From positions 96,001 to 160,000 of the forward strand of contig JAVJQW010000050.1 of the NCBI GenBank assembly GCA_040218735.1: 64,000 nucleotides of DNA, given 5' to 3'. Positions 20,596 to 31,000 of the stretch are shown here, piece after piece; positions within the stretch are counted from its first letter, which is position 1; each line of letters begins with the position of its first letter. The notes under the pieces are model-generated. The model made no database searches, had not been told where the DNA came from, and worked only from the letters and a program-made list of their open reading frames with translations. Position numbers and translations under genes: made by a program. Source of the DNA: Deltaproteobacteria bacterium. GTDB taxonomy: Bacteria; Myxococcota; Kuafuiibacteriia; Kuafuiibacteriales; Kuafuiibacteriaceae.

Positions 20596-23016
20596 TCAGG
20601 GCTCCGCGTAACGCGGGACGATCTCCGCGACCCAGAGCCGCCCTTCGTCCACTTCGACGAGGAGCTCGCGTCGCTCGGCGCCCTCCCCGATTTCGATGCG
20701 GTGGGGCGCCGCGTTCGTCTGGAAGACGAACCCCGAGGTCGGGAGCGCTTCGAACCGACCGAGCGTACGCCGATCGAGCAGGTCGACGACTTCGCCCTCG
20801 TCGACATCGACCACACTGACGAAGTAGGTCTCGGCGCGCGGGAAGTAGACGTGGCGGCCGACGAGCGCGAGGTCGAGCGACGAGCCCACCGTTTGCACGT
20901 TCAGCGGCTTCGATGACTCACCGACGGCGAAGTACACGAGCTCCGACCCTACATCGATCGCGACACCGCGCACCCCGCTGTCGTCGAACACGACCTGCTG
21001 GAACGACCGGACGAGGTTCGCGCCAGCGCCCCCCTGCAGGCTGGCTTGCACGAAACCGACGCCGTCGTGGAGGAGAGCCAGACCGCCCTTCGTCCCGATC
21101 CGCCCCTCGCGGTCGAGGGCGAGCGGTCCCCCGGGGAGATCAGCGCGCGGATGCGCCGGATCGTCCAGGTCGAACGTCGACGACCTCCGGGCGTCGGTGG
21201 ACGTCACGAGATAGCGCCCGGTGTCGTCGAGCACCGGGAGAGGAACCGACCACATCTCACTCGCGACTTGTTCCGATCTTCCCGCCTGCCGTTTCCAGAC
21301 GCCATCGTTCGTCGTCCACACCAAGCGTTCGCGACGTTCGTCGATGGCGACCACGCCCCCCCGACTCGAAGGTAGCGGCTCCATCTGCCCGTCGCCGGCG
21401 ACCAGCGCGAAGCCATCGTCGGTCCTGACGACCAACCGCCCATCGTGCTGGCCCTCCAGCGCGAGTACCCGCACGCCGGGATCGATCCGGACCGGGGCGT
21501 CCGCTGTACCTCCGTCGAGGCCCTGCGCCCAGACGACGTAGTCCCGGACCGCGAACGCCGTGTCGCCCGCGACGAAGGACACGCGCTCGAGACCGATGCG
21601 ACGCAGGGGGGCCGTCCCGTCGAGCGGCACCGCGTGGGTCCCTTCGGCGTCGAACACGAATAGCCACTCCCGTTCGACCCGCGTCGAGAAGACGCGGGGG
21701 CCCCACGGACGGCTCTGTCGTGCCACCTGCGTCTCGTCGACGACGAACACCGCAGACTCGGTGTGATCGCGCGTCGCCACGAACCCGTAGGGCACCGCGA
21801 AGGCCGACGCCCCCAGATCGATCGGTGCCCCGCCCTGCGCGGCGACGGCCTGACAATCGCCCGCCGGACACACGTAGACGTGTCCAGCCGTAAGCCCCCC
21901 GTCCCCGCACGAGACGTTGTCCGTCTCCAAGATGATCGCGGGCGCGCTTCGCCCGTCGCGCGGCACGCGCTCCACGCTCCCGCCCCGGCACAGATAGACG
22001 GCGTCGTCGTCCGCGGCGAACACGAAGTGGGGCGCCTCCTCCCAGTCGACGAGCATCGACGCCGAGCTCGTCCGTACGAGGGACTGCGCGAAGAGGGCGC
22101 GTCGCGTGGGTGCGTCGTTCGCGTAGCGCTCGTAGACGACCAGGTCCTCGTGGACGTGCCGCACGAGGACGGATTCGTCGAGCTCGTCGGGGATCCGAAC
22201 GACCGGCACGAGCTCGGCGGGCCCCTCGAGCGCGAGTCGAGCGACGCCCGTATCGGAGTCCTCGAGGACGGCGTACGTGTCGTCGAAGAATCCGATGACG
22301 TTGTAGCGACCGACGTCGACCTCGACCGGCGACGCGTCCCGGCGAAGGTCGAGGATGGAGAACACGTTGCCGTTCTGCCGCACGACGTAGGGACCGACGA
22401 CCCGACCGGCGTAGGGGAGGACACGCGCGGTGCCGCCCGCGACGGGGACGGCGATCGGCGGCTCCGCGTCGACGACGAGGTAATCGCCATCCCCCGAGAA
22501 CTGCGCGGTGACGAAGGGTGCGTCTCGCACCACCGCCGCGGCCGGCTGTGAACCGTCGAGCAATGCAACGTACAGCGCCTCGTCGGCACGGAACGCGACG
22601 AAGGTCGAGGTCGGGTCGATCACGAACGCGGTCGGTGCATTCCGCCCGACGGGATAATCCAGGCGCCGCGCGACGCCCGCCTCCGCTCGGTGCAACGCGA
22701 ACAGCCCGTCGCCCGACCGGACCACGGCGACGCTACCGTCCGGCGACACGGCCACGATGTACGGTGTTTCGTTCAGCTCGCCGGCGTACCCGCTCGCGCG
22801 CGTCGGGCCGAGCGGCACCCACGCGCGTGTCGGCGCCGACAGATCCAGCACGGCGGGGCTCTCGAGACCTCGATGCGCGACGGCCACGAGTGACCACCCG
22901 ACCGCCCTCGGATCCTCCGTCTCGGCGAGCGTCGCCACGTCGGCGTCCGAGCAGGCGGCGAGCCCCATCACCGCGAGGACGCGGATGCAACCTGACGCGC
23001 CTCTCACGCGGGACAC
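20596..23016 (-). CDS. Large beta-propeller-like lipoprotein
   Basis: LAAC lipobox; SPDG/FSGDG repeats; beta-rich sequence. Confidence 0.55.
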   Translation of the reverse strand: MSRVRGASGCIRVLAVMGLAACSDADVATLAETEDPRAVGWSLVAVAHRGLESPAVLDLSAPTRAWVPLGPTRASGYAGELNETPYIVAVSPDGSVAVVRSGDGLFALHRAEAGVARRLDYPVGRNAPTAFVIDPTSTFVAFRADEALYVALLDGSQPAAAVVRDAPFVTAQFSGDGDYLVVDAEPPIAVPVAGGTARVLPYAGRVVGPYVVRQNGNVFSILDLRRDASPVEVDVGRYNVIGFFDDTYAVLEDSDTGVARLALEGPAELVPVVRIPDELDESVLVRHVHEDLVVYERYANDAPTRRALFAQSLVRTSSASMLVDWEEAPHFVFAADDDAVYLCRGGSVERVPRDGRSAPAIILETDNVSCGDGGLTAGHVYVCPAGDCQAVAAQGGAPIDLGASAFAVPYGFVATRDHTESAVFVVDETQVARQSRPWGPRVFSTRVEREWLFVFDAEGTHAVPLDGTAPLRRIGLERVSFVAGDTAFAVRDYVVWAQGLDGGTADAPVRIDPGVRVLALEGQHDGRLVVRTDDGFALVAGDGQMEPLPSSRGGVVAIDERRERLVWTTNDGVWKRQAGRSEQVASEMWSVPLPVLDDTGRYLVTSTDARRSSTFDLDDPAHPRADLPGGPLALDREGRIGTKGGLALLHDGVGFVQASLQGGAGANLVRSFQQVVFDDSGVRGVAIDVGSELVYFAVGESSKPLNVQTVGSSLDLALVGRHVYFPRAETYFVSVVDVDEGEVVDLLDRRTLGRFEALPTSGFVFQTNAAPHRIEIGEGAERRELLVEVDEGRLWVAEIVPRYAEP

Positions 23017-23050
23017 ACTACCGCACGCGGCGATGGGATTGGACTGGGCC

Positions 23051-24511
23051 TCAGATCAGTACGCCGATCACGCACGCGGTCATGAACGCCGCGAGGGTGC
23101 CGCCGATCATCGCGCGCAGGCCCAGCCGCGCGAGGTCCGATCGCCGCTCCGGGGCGAGCGGGGAGATGCCGCCGATCTGGATGGCGATGGAGCCGAAGTT
23201 CGCGAAGCCGCACATCGCGTAGGTCGCGATGACGAAGGAGCGCTGCGAGGCGAGCTGTGGGGCCTGCTGGGCGAGCTGCAGGTACGCGACGAACTCGTTG
23301 AGGATCGTCTTGATGCCGAGGAGGCTGCCGATGATCTGGGCGTCCTCCCAGGCGATGCCCATGCACCACGCGAGCGGGCGCAGGACGTAGCCGAGGATCA
23401 GCTCCAGCGTGACCGGCTCGGTGGCGCCCAGCAGCTCCGCGACGCCGCCGATGATCCCATTCACCATCGCGATCAGCGCGACGAACGCGAGGAGCATCGC
23501 GCCGACGTTGAGCGCGAGCTGAAGCCCCTCCCCCGCGCCGCGCGCCGCGGCGTCGATGATGTTGGCGTCCTGCGAAGGTAGGTCGACCTTCAGCGTACCG
23601 AACGTCGCCGACTTCGTCGGGTCGGGCTCCGGCACCATGATCTTCGCGATCACCAGCGCCGCCGGCGCGCTCATGATCGACGCACACAGCAGGTGCCCCG
23701 CGATCCCCGGGAACACGTTCTTGAGGATGCCGACGTAAGCGACCATCACGCCGCCGGCGACGGTGGCGAAGCCGCCGGTCATCACCGCCATCAGCTCCGA
23801 CAGCGTCATCTCCTTGATGAACGGCCGCACGAGCAGCGGCGCCTCCGTCTGACCGACGAAGATGTTGCCGGTCGCGGAGAGGGTCTCGGCGCCGCTGGTG
23901 CGCATCGTCTTCTGCATGAAGAGCGCGAGCACGTTCACGAGCTTCTGCATGACACCGAGGTGGTAGAGCACCGCCATCAGCGACGAGAAGAAGATGATCG
24001 TCGGCAGCACACCGAACGCGAAGTACGCGCCGATGTTCACCCACGTGAAGTCCTCGACCGGAATCACCGGCGCCATCTTCGCGTCGGCCAACCAGCCCGG
24101 CGTCGCACCCGCCGCGGGCATCGGCACCACCGACGTGCCGACCGGCATCGTGTTCTGCACCGCGAGGTTGCCGAACAGGAACTGCGACCCCTTCGCGGTG
24201 TAGCCGAGGATCGCGGTGACGGCCTTGTCGAACGCGCCGAAGAACTTCTCGCCGGGGCCCGTGCGCGTGATGACGCCGAGCGCGAGCTGCAACCCGACGC
24301 CGGTGCCGACCAGCCGCCACGAGATGTTCTTGCGATCCGACGACAGCGCGACCGCGATGCCGATCATCACGAACAGCCCGAGGAAACTCCGGACCCGTCC
24401 GAACCAATCGACGGGGATCGTCTGGTCCCCGATGTCCGCGTAGGCCACCGCCGCGAAGAGCAGCCCCGCCAGCACGACGAGCCCGATCCGCGCACCCTTC
24501 GAATGCCTCAC
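23051..24511 (-). CDS. nupC: Concentrative nucleoside transporter (CNT/NupC)
   Basis: NIFVGQTEAPL, GGFATVAG, NEFVAY, CGFANFGSIAIQIGG. Confidence 0.93.
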   Translation of the reverse strand: MRHSKGARIGLVVLAGLLFAAVAYADIGDQTIPVDWFGRVRSFLGLFVMIGIAVALSSDRKNISWRLVGTGVGLQLALGVITRTGPGEKFFGAFDKAVTAILGYTAKGSQFLFGNLAVQNTMPVGTSVVPMPAAGATPGWLADAKMAPVIPVEDFTWVNIGAYFAFGVLPTIIFFSSLMAVLYHLGVMQKLVNVLALFMQKTMRTSGAETLSATGNIFVGQTEAPLLVRPFIKEMTLSELMAVMTGGFATVAGGVMVAYVGILKNVFPGIAGHLLCASIMSAPAALVIAKIMVPEPDPTKSATFGTLKVDLPSQDANIIDAAARGAGEGLQLALNVGAMLLAFVALIAMVNGIIGGVAELLGATEPVTLELILGYVLRPLAWCMGIAWEDAQIIGSLLGIKTILNEFVAYLQLAQQAPQLASQRSFVIATYAMCGFANFGSIAIQIGGISPLAPERRSDLARLGLRAMIGGTLAAFMTACVIGVLI

Positions 24512-24535
24512 CGGCGGACCATACCCCAGCCGGGG

Positions 24536-26536
24536 TCAGACCTTCACGCGCTCGGCCTGCGCGATCGCCTCGAGCACCGGCCCGGCCCCGTCGGGGGTCG
24601 GCGTCGGACCGAACCGCCACGCCTCGTACGTGAGCACCGCGCGCCGCGCCGCCGCCCGACGGGCCGCGGGGACGGACGCGAGGAGCTGGCCGAGCGTCGA
24701 GGTCTCGTCGCCGTCGGGGTCGAGCATGCGACGTAGCCTGGAGCCCAGCACGTCGGGGCGACGCCGACGACGACGCCACGACCACCACCCGCCGACGACG
24801 ACGGGGACCAGCAGCAGCACGAGGCCCACCGCGCCTCCCCGACCGCCGCCGCCGCTCGGGCCGCCGCCGGTGAGCTCGTCCACGAGCGGGAGCTCACCGA
24901 GCTGCTCGCTGACCTCGCCGATGAGGCGACGCCGCTTCGCTTCGTCGAAGTCGACGACCTTGTCGTACCAGAGTTTGTCGAGCGCCTTGTAGAAGTCCGA
25001 GAACCACGCGAACACCTCCGGCTTGCGACGCGCGCGCGCGTCCGCGGGCGTCGCGTCGACCCACTGCCACCCCTCGTCCTCGTGGAAGATCTCGACCCAC
25101 GCGTGCGCGTCGTCCTCGCTCATCTCGAGGTACGCGCCGGCGTCGTTCCAGCGCCCGCCGTAGTACCCGGTGACGACGCGCGCCGGCACGCCGACCACCC
25201 GCAACAGCACCGCGAGCGCGCCCGCGTACAGCTCGCAGTGACCGGCCTTCGCTTCGAAGAGGAAACGGATCAACGGGTTGTCGCTTTCGCCCTCCAGCGG
25301 ATCGAGGCTGTACGCGTACCCCACCGCGAAGTGCCGCAACATCGCCGCGACCTTCGCGTCGGTGGTCATCGTCTCGGTCACGAGCCCCTCCGCGAGCTGA
25401 CGGATGCGGGGATCGAGATCGTCGGGGAGCTGCCGCAGCCGCGCGAGCTGCGCCGCACGCACCTCGGGGCGCCGCGGCACGACCTCCGCCTTGCGCCCGA
25501 GGTCGACCTTGTAGGCCACCGCCTTCTTGCGCGGGAACGACTGCGAGATCCAGTTGCCGCTCTCCGTCGTGCTGAGCCCGCGCACCATGACGTAGCGCGG
25601 CTCGGTTCGTCCGAACGCCGCCACCGGATGCGCCTGACCGATGCGCGCGATGCGCTCCATCGAGACCCGCACGGTCTGCGGGCCGTCGTCCGCGGTGAAC
25701 TCGAGGGGCCCGCCGTCGTAGCGGTTCCACCGGCTGTAGAGCGAAGTCGTGCGACCGCCCTCCCCCTCCGTGAACGTCTTGCCGTCGAACACGTTCAGCG
25801 CGAACAGGCGGGCGTAGAGCCCCTCGGCGACGCCGGGCCCCGCCCGCTCCTGCACCTCGATCTGCAACACCGCCGCGCCGCCGCCGGGCGGACGCACGCC
25901 GCCGACCTCCAGATCCATCGATCGCGTCGCCCCCGCGAGCTGCATGAAGTAGCCGGGCGAGAGCAGCCGGGAGAAGTGGTAACGCGGCAGCAGCGATACG
26001 GTGAGGAAGCCCGCCATCATCAACGCGAGGCTCCAGCCGGCGATCGTCCGCATCTGCCGCGGCGCCGGGCGACGGCCCACGTCGGGGTGACTCGCGAGGA
26101 GCGTCGCGGCCCACAGCGACCACATCGCGGTCGGCAAGTACGTCAACGCGATCAGCAGGAACGCCAGCCCCGGAGAGATCGTGGTCGCCGCGGCGATGAG
26201 CACCGACGCCGCGCCGATGATGATGAGGTCGTCGCGGTGCCCGGCGCGCAGCACGAACCGGTTCGCGACGCCGAGCATCACGATCATCAGCACGCCGTCG
26301 ATGCGCTCCTGCCCGAAGACGATCAGCGCGCCGCCGAGGAGCACCACGGTCGACGCGTGAACGATGACACGCAGCGCGAGCGGGCTCGGGCGGTGCAGCC
26401 GCGGCGCGAAGATCCACACCAGGACCATCGTCGCCGCCGCGGCGAGCGCGAGCCGTACGGTCCCCTGGAGCATGCCGGACAACGCGATCGTCACGGCGAG
26501 GGTCATCGCCAGCCGGTGGACCTTCGCGACCGTCAC
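24536..26536 (-). CDS. Membrane transglutaminase-like protein (TgpA/DUF3488 type)
   Basis: GHCELYA, ARVVTGY, HAWVE, WVDATP triad motifs; N-terminal TMs. Confidence 0.88.
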   Translation of the reverse strand: MTVAKVHRLAMTLAVTIALSGMLQGTVRLALAAAATMVLVWIFAPRLHRPSPLALRVIVHASTVVLLGGALIVFGQERIDGVLMIVMLGVANRFVLRAGHRDDLIIIGAASVLIAAATTISPGLAFLLIALTYLPTAMWSLWAATLLASHPDVGRRPAPRQMRTIAGWSLALMMAGFLTVSLLPRYHFSRLLSPGYFMQLAGATRSMDLEVGGVRPPGGGAAVLQIEVQERAGPGVAEGLYARLFALNVFDGKTFTEGEGGRTTSLYSRWNRYDGGPLEFTADDGPQTVRVSMERIARIGQAHPVAAFGRTEPRYVMVRGLSTTESGNWISQSFPRKKAVAYKVDLGRKAEVVPRRPEVRAAQLARLRQLPDDLDPRIRQLAEGLVTETMTTDAKVAAMLRHFAVGYAYSLDPLEGESDNPLIRFLFEAKAGHCELYAGALAVLLRVVGVPARVVTGYYGGRWNDAGAYLEMSEDDAHAWVEIFHEDEGWQWVDATPADARARRKPEVFAWFSDFYKALDKLWYDKVVDFDEAKRRRLIGEVSEQLGELPLVDELTGGGPSGGGGRGGAVGLVLLLVPVVVGGWWSWRRRRRRPDVLGSRLRRMLDPDGDETSTLGQLLASVPAARRAAARRAVLTYEAWRFGPTPTPDGAGPVLEAIAQAERVKV

Positions 26537-27603
26537 GCGACCCCCACCGCCCCGTTGCGGCGTACGACCAACCGCTCCGTCGCCTCGGCGGGCGCGCGCG
26601 ATCCCAGGGCCACGAGCCACGTCGACGGGAGGCGTCGCGCCGTCGCGAGCTTCGCGTTCGGCTCCACGCGCGCCAACAGATCCAGCAAGCGATCGATCGA
26701 CGCCTCACCCGGCTCGAGGATGTCCTCACCGATGCACAACCCCACGGCGCGCCCCGCAGCGTGCCACGCGAGCAAGGCAGCTTGCGCGTGCTCCAGCGTG
26801 CGCTCGACGGCGACCGGATCGCCGCCCTCCAGGGCCACGCCGAGCCACGCGACGGGGCGTTCGACGCCGGCGGTCTCGATGATGACGTCGCGCCCGAGCG
26901 CCATCGATCGGCGCGCGTGCACGCGGCGGCGGTCTTCGTGTTCCTTGCGCTCGCGCAGTCCATAGACCTCGAGGCCCGCGCCGCGGCGTTGGTGGATGTC
27001 ACCGTCCCCAGCGCGGCTGCGCGGCTCCACGAGGATGGGCGCAACGTCGATCCGCCGCGGCCGCACGAACACCTCGACGTCGACGTCGACGTCACGGGTC
27101 TTGTGAATGAGATCGAACGGGAACGTCGTCGACAGCTCCAGCCGCGCGAGGCGCGCCGGCCCACGGCGGTCGAAGCGTCGCGCCGCGATGACCTTGGCCT
27201 GACCGCGCTCGAGGATCGGCACGGACGCGATGAGCACGTCGGGTGACTTCTTCCGCCAGCTCTTCCAGGGCCGCCAGATGGAGTGCGGGCGCTCGTGCAC
27301 CGTGAAGGCGTAGCCGGTCTTGCCGTCCTCGCGGTGCAGCGTCACCTCCAACCGCGCGGGTTCCCCGGCGAACGCGGGTCCCACCGGTCGGATGCGCGTA
27401 CGCACGCCGGTGACGTTGCGCTCGGAGAGGATGCCCGAGAGCACGATCGATCCGAGCGTCGCGCCGAGGAGCATGAACAGCAGGTTGTTGCTCGCGGTGA
27501 TCGCGGCGGTGCCGAGCACAAACGGCGACAGGAACACGAACCAGCCGGCGCGCGTCGGGAACGCGCGCCGCGGGGGGTGGAGGTAACGCTGGAGGAACTG
27601 CAC
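26533..27603 (-). CDS. DUF58 family protein
   Basis: NNLLF, LSTTFPFDL, YGLRE; lies between moxR and the transglutaminase gene. Confidence 0.82.
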   Translation of the reverse strand: MQFLQRYLHPPRRAFPTRAGWFVFLSPFVLGTAAITASNNLLFMLLGATLGSIVLSGILSERNVTGVRTRIRPVGPAFAGEPARLEVTLHREDGKTGYAFTVHERPHSIWRPWKSWRKKSPDVLIASVPILERGQAKVIAARRFDRRGPARLARLELSTTFPFDLIHKTRDVDVDVEVFVRPRRIDVAPILVEPRSRAGDGDIHQRRGAGLEVYGLRERKEHEDRRRVHARRSMALGRDVIIETAGVERPVAWLGVALEGGDPVAVERTLEHAQAALLAWHAAGRAVGLCIGEDILEPGEASIDRLLDLLARVEPNAKLATARRLPSTWLVALGSRAPAEATERLVVRRNGAVGVA

Positions 27604-27614
27604 GCGGGCGCCCC

Positions 27615-28598
27615 TCAGACCGGGACGGGGATCGCGTCGACGAGCTCGGTGAGGACCGCCTCCGCCTCGGCGCGCGGCGCGCGATCGTCTCCGCGGAGCA
27701 CGACGCGGTGCGAGCACACCGGGACGGCGAGGCCCTTCACGTCGTCGGGCGTGACGAAGCGACGCCCGTCGAGGATCGCGTGGGCGCGGACGGCCCGCGC
27801 GAACCAGATCGCGCCGCGCGTGGAGACGCCGGTCTCGAGCGCAGAGCTCTCGCGCGTCGCGCGCACGATCGCCTGGAGGTAGCGGACGACGTCGGGTGCG
27901 ATCGTCACGTCATCGACGGCGGCGAACAGCGCCTTCGCGGTGTCAGCGCCGAAGGCCGGCTCGATGTCTTCGACGTCTTCGAGATCCTCGCCGAGGAGGA
28001 GGCGGTGCTCGACGTCTTCGCCGGGGTAGCCGATCGCGGTGCGGATCAGGAAGCGGTCGAGCTGCGACTGGGGGAGCACGTAGACGCCGTGGTGTTCGAC
28101 CGGGTTCTGGGTCGCGATCACCAGGAACGGATCCGGGAGCTCGTAGGTCGTGCCGTCGACGGAGACCGAGCGCTCCGCCATCGCTTCCAGCAAACCGCTC
28201 TGCGTGCGGGGGGTCGCGCGGTTGAGCTCGTCGGCGAGCACGACGTTTGCGAAGATCGGCCCGCGCCGGAACACCAAAGCCTGTCTCGAGTCGTCGAGGA
28301 CCGGGCCGCCGACGATGTCGGCCGGGAGCAGGTCGGCGGTCAGCTGCACCCGGTTGAAGGTGCCGCCGATCGCGCGGGCGAGCGCGCGCGCGAGGGTGGT
28401 CTTGCCGACGCCGGGGACGTCCTCGAGCAGCACGTGTCCGCGCGCGAGGAATCCGACGAGCGCGAGGCGGACAACGTCCTCCTTGCCGCGGACCACTCGA
28501 CCGATGCGCCGGATGGCCTGCTCGAGGGCAACGTGGACAGTGGGTTCGATGACGGCCGCTTGCATGTCGGGCGACGCGGTTTGCGAACTTCGTTCCAT
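27615..28598 (-). CDS. moxR: MoxR-family AAA+ ATPase
   Basis: EDVPGVGKT, LADELNRATPRTQSGLLEAM, ATQNP, SQLDRF. Confidence 0.92.
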   Translation of the reverse strand: MERSSQTASPDMQAAVIEPTVHVALEQAIRRIGRVVRGKEDVVRLALVGFLARGHVLLEDVPGVGKTTLARALARAIGGTFNRVQLTADLLPADIVGGPVLDDSRQALVFRRGPIFANVVLADELNRATPRTQSGLLEAMAERSVSVDGTTYELPDPFLVIATQNPVEHHGVYVLPQSQLDRFLIRTAIGYPGEDVEHRLLLGEDLEDVEDIEPAFGADTAKALFAAVDDVTIAPDVVRYLQAIVRATRESSALETGVSTRGAIWFARAVRAHAILDGRRFVTPDDVKGLAVPVCSHRVVLRGDDRAPRAEAEAVLTELVDAIPVPV

Positions 28599-28675
28599 CG
28601 CGGGACGTCGCGATTGTGGCACGAACAGTATGTCGAGCGTTACTCAGGTGGGCGCTTCGAGGGCCGCACAGCTCT

Positions 28676-30031
28676 CTAGAAGCCGAGCACCACCGTGCTG
28701 TTCGAGGGGGGCCCCGAGCCGTTCGTCGCGGCCACGGCGGCCACCGTCCCCGCCGCAGCCGCCGCCACGACGACGCCGCCCACCGTGGCCCAGAACCACC
28801 ACTGGTCGGTGACCGGCCCGTCCTCTTCGACGGTCGGCGCGGCGGTCGCGACGACCTGGACCGCGGCGCGCTGCGCCTCGAACGCGGCGAGGATCGTCGC
28901 GCTGGCGACCTCCGGGTCCTCGACGATGCCCGTCGGCCCGATCTTCAGGGGCGCCTCGCCCGCCGCGACGAGCACACCCTCGACCTTGTCGCCGGACAGC
29001 AGCGTCGAATACCGCAGCGCCACGAGCGTCTCGACGCCGAGCTCTTCACGCAGCCGCTCCACGGCCGTCACGTCGCTGGCGAGGTTCGGCGCCAGGCCGT
29101 CGACCCGCTCGCGGACGTCGGAGGCCTCGAGCTCCAGCGACACCGAGGACGAGGCCTCGCCGCGCACCGGCGCGAGGGTGCCGTAGGGGTGATAACCAAC
29201 GCGCTCCGCGCGGACCTGGTGCCACCCGTCGGGGAGGCCCGCGATGTCGAGCGGCGCGAAGCCCTTGAACAACCCGTCGACGAACACCGCACCGCCCGTG
29301 GGCACGGTCTCCACGCGCAGCGTCCCGGTGGCCCGCGACGGCACGCCCGCGACGATCGCGCGGAAGCGCTTGCGGACGTTGGACGGGTAGCGCGCGTCGG
29401 ACGGCTCGAAGTCCGGGGACGTCACGGCGAGCGCGACGAAGATCGCGTTCGCGAGGACGGACTGCCCTTCGAAGAGCACCGTCGCGCCGTACGCGAAGAT
29501 CGCGGTGTCGAGGACCTCGAGCTCGTTCGGCTTCAGCTCGTCGCGGTAGGAGAGGAGCTGGTTGACGCCGATCTCCAGCTGCACGCCGGCGTTTTCGAGA
29601 TCGAGCTCCTCGAACGCGCGGATGCCGTCGTCGATCGCGTCCTTCGCCGACTCGATCGTGGTGCGCGCGACGTCGCGCGACGTTCCGCCGTCGAGCTGCC
29701 GCACGAGCGTGGTCGCGCGCTGCCCGCGCGCCGCGGCGAGTTTGTTCGTCACCGCGCGGGCGATGCGGTGGCCGCGCTCCATGTCCACGGGTTTGGTCGG
29801 GACCAACACCGCGAGCGAGGCGGGTGTGTCGGGGGGCGGCGGTGGCGGAGGCGGCGCGACGATCGGAGGCGCGTCGCCCTTGGGCAGCTCGTCCGGCGCG
29901 TCGCCCTCGGGCGGGGGCGGCTCGACCGCCTCCTCGCCGAAGCCGATGTCGAATGTCTGCGACTCACCCTCGGGCGTGTCTTCGCCCGACTGCGCGACCG
30001 CCAAGACGAGGATGAGGGCCCACGGCGCCAT
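28676..30031 (-). CDS. PEGA-domain membrane protein
   Basis: VETVPTGGAVFVDG PEGA motif; C-terminal WWFW TM segment. Confidence 0.75.
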   Translation of the reverse strand: MAPWALILVLAVAQSGEDTPEGESQTFDIGFGEEAVEPPPPEGDAPDELPKGDAPPIVAPPPPPPPPDTPASLAVLVPTKPVDMERGHRIARAVTNKLAAARGQRATTLVRQLDGGTSRDVARTTIESAKDAIDDGIRAFEELDLENAGVQLEIGVNQLLSYRDELKPNELEVLDTAIFAYGATVLFEGQSVLANAIFVALAVTSPDFEPSDARYPSNVRKRFRAIVAGVPSRATGTLRVETVPTGGAVFVDGLFKGFAPLDIAGLPDGWHQVRAERVGYHPYGTLAPVRGEASSSVSLELEASDVRERVDGLAPNLASDVTAVERLREELGVETLVALRYSTLLSGDKVEGVLVAAGEAPLKIGPTGIVEDPEVASATILAAFEAQRAAVQVVATAAPTVEEDGPVTDQWWFWATVGGVVVAAAAAGTVAAVAATNGSGPPSNSTVVLGF

Positions 30032-30054
30032 CGGCCGCGGATTCTACAGACAAT

Positions 30055-30468
30055 TCAGACGGGGAACAGGCCGGCGCGCGCGATGATCAGCTCGACGAGC
30101 CGCTCGCGGCCGCGGATGAAGTTCGACAGCACGAAGCCGCCTCGCTTGGTCGTGATGTAGTAACCCCCGAGCGGGATGTCCGACCACTTCACGTGGACGA
30201 TGTCCTCCCAAGGGAAGTGCGCGAACTCGGTGGCGCCGCGTACGGTGACCCCGTACTCGTCGACCACGTAGGCCATGCTCCAGTAGTAGAAGACGAAGAC
30301 CAGGAAGAACGCGACGAAGAACGCGATCGAGACGAACGCGTAGGTGGGCATTCCACCCGCTGCGGCGGCGAGGAGGCCTATCCCCAACCAGACGATGAGG
30401 GCCAGCAGGACGGCGACGCGGATGAGCCACGACGCCCGAAACTCCTGACTGGCGAACAGACGCGGCAC
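30055..30468 (-). CDS. Small membrane protein with bacterial PH-like domain
   Basis: Two TM helices followed by VDEYGV...FPWEDI. Confidence 0.55.
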   Translation of the reverse strand: MPRLFASQEFRASWLIRVAVLLALIVWLGIGLLAAAAGGMPTYAFVSIAFFVAFFLVFVFYYWSMAYVVDEYGVTVRGATEFAHFPWEDIVHVKWSDIPLGGYYITTKRGGFVLSNFIRGRERLVELIIARAGLFPV

Positions 30469-30531
30469 CTGAAATTCATTAAAGCGCCTCGCGCCAGGCC
30501 CTGGCAAGTCGGGCCGCGCCGTGTGGGGGGG

Positions 30532-30993
30532 TCAGCTGAAGCTGAGGAGCATCGAACGGAACTCGCTGCGCACCCGCTCGAACGACGCACCGTCGAGGTG
30601 CGACGCGATGACCGTGTACGCGATGCCGTCCTTGATGACGACGAGCTGCATCTGACGCACACGCTCACCGCCCGCGCCGACGATCACCTGCTCGGTGAGC
30701 AGCGCGGGGTGTCCGCCGGTGATCTCGACGCGCTCGTTCGAACCGATCTGCTCACGCGGTACGCCGGCCTCCTTCAGCCCCTGGACCTGCCGGTCGACGT
30801 ACTTCTCGGGCGTCTCCTGCGGGGAGACCTGCTCGAGCGTCGTGATGAGGTTCCGCTGGAAGGGCTGCACCGCCTTCGTGGTCAGCATCCCCTGACCGGG
30901 CGTGTCGTCGACCGGCCCCGCGAGGATGATCGACGACAGCGTCCAAGCCTTGGGCGCATCGAGCGAGAACGTTCCGAACGTCACGCGCGTCAT
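30532..30993 (-). CDS. DcrB/PsbP-like protein
   Basis: APKAW N-terminus; VRQMQLVV...AYTV...FRSMLLSF. Confidence 0.6.
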   Translation of the reverse strand: MTRVTFGTFSLDAPKAWTLSSIILAGPVDDTPGQGMLTTKAVQPFQRNLITTLEQVSPQETPEKYVDRQVQGLKEAGVPREQIGSNERVEITGGHPALLTEQVIVGAGGERVRQMQLVVIKDGIAYTVIASHLDGASFERVRSEFRSMLLSFS

Positions 30994-31000
30994 GAGCGGC

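Noticed and set aside
28617-28633. TGGCACG sigma54-like -24 box
   Set aside because: No -12 TTGC at the correct spacing, and it points opposite to the local genes.
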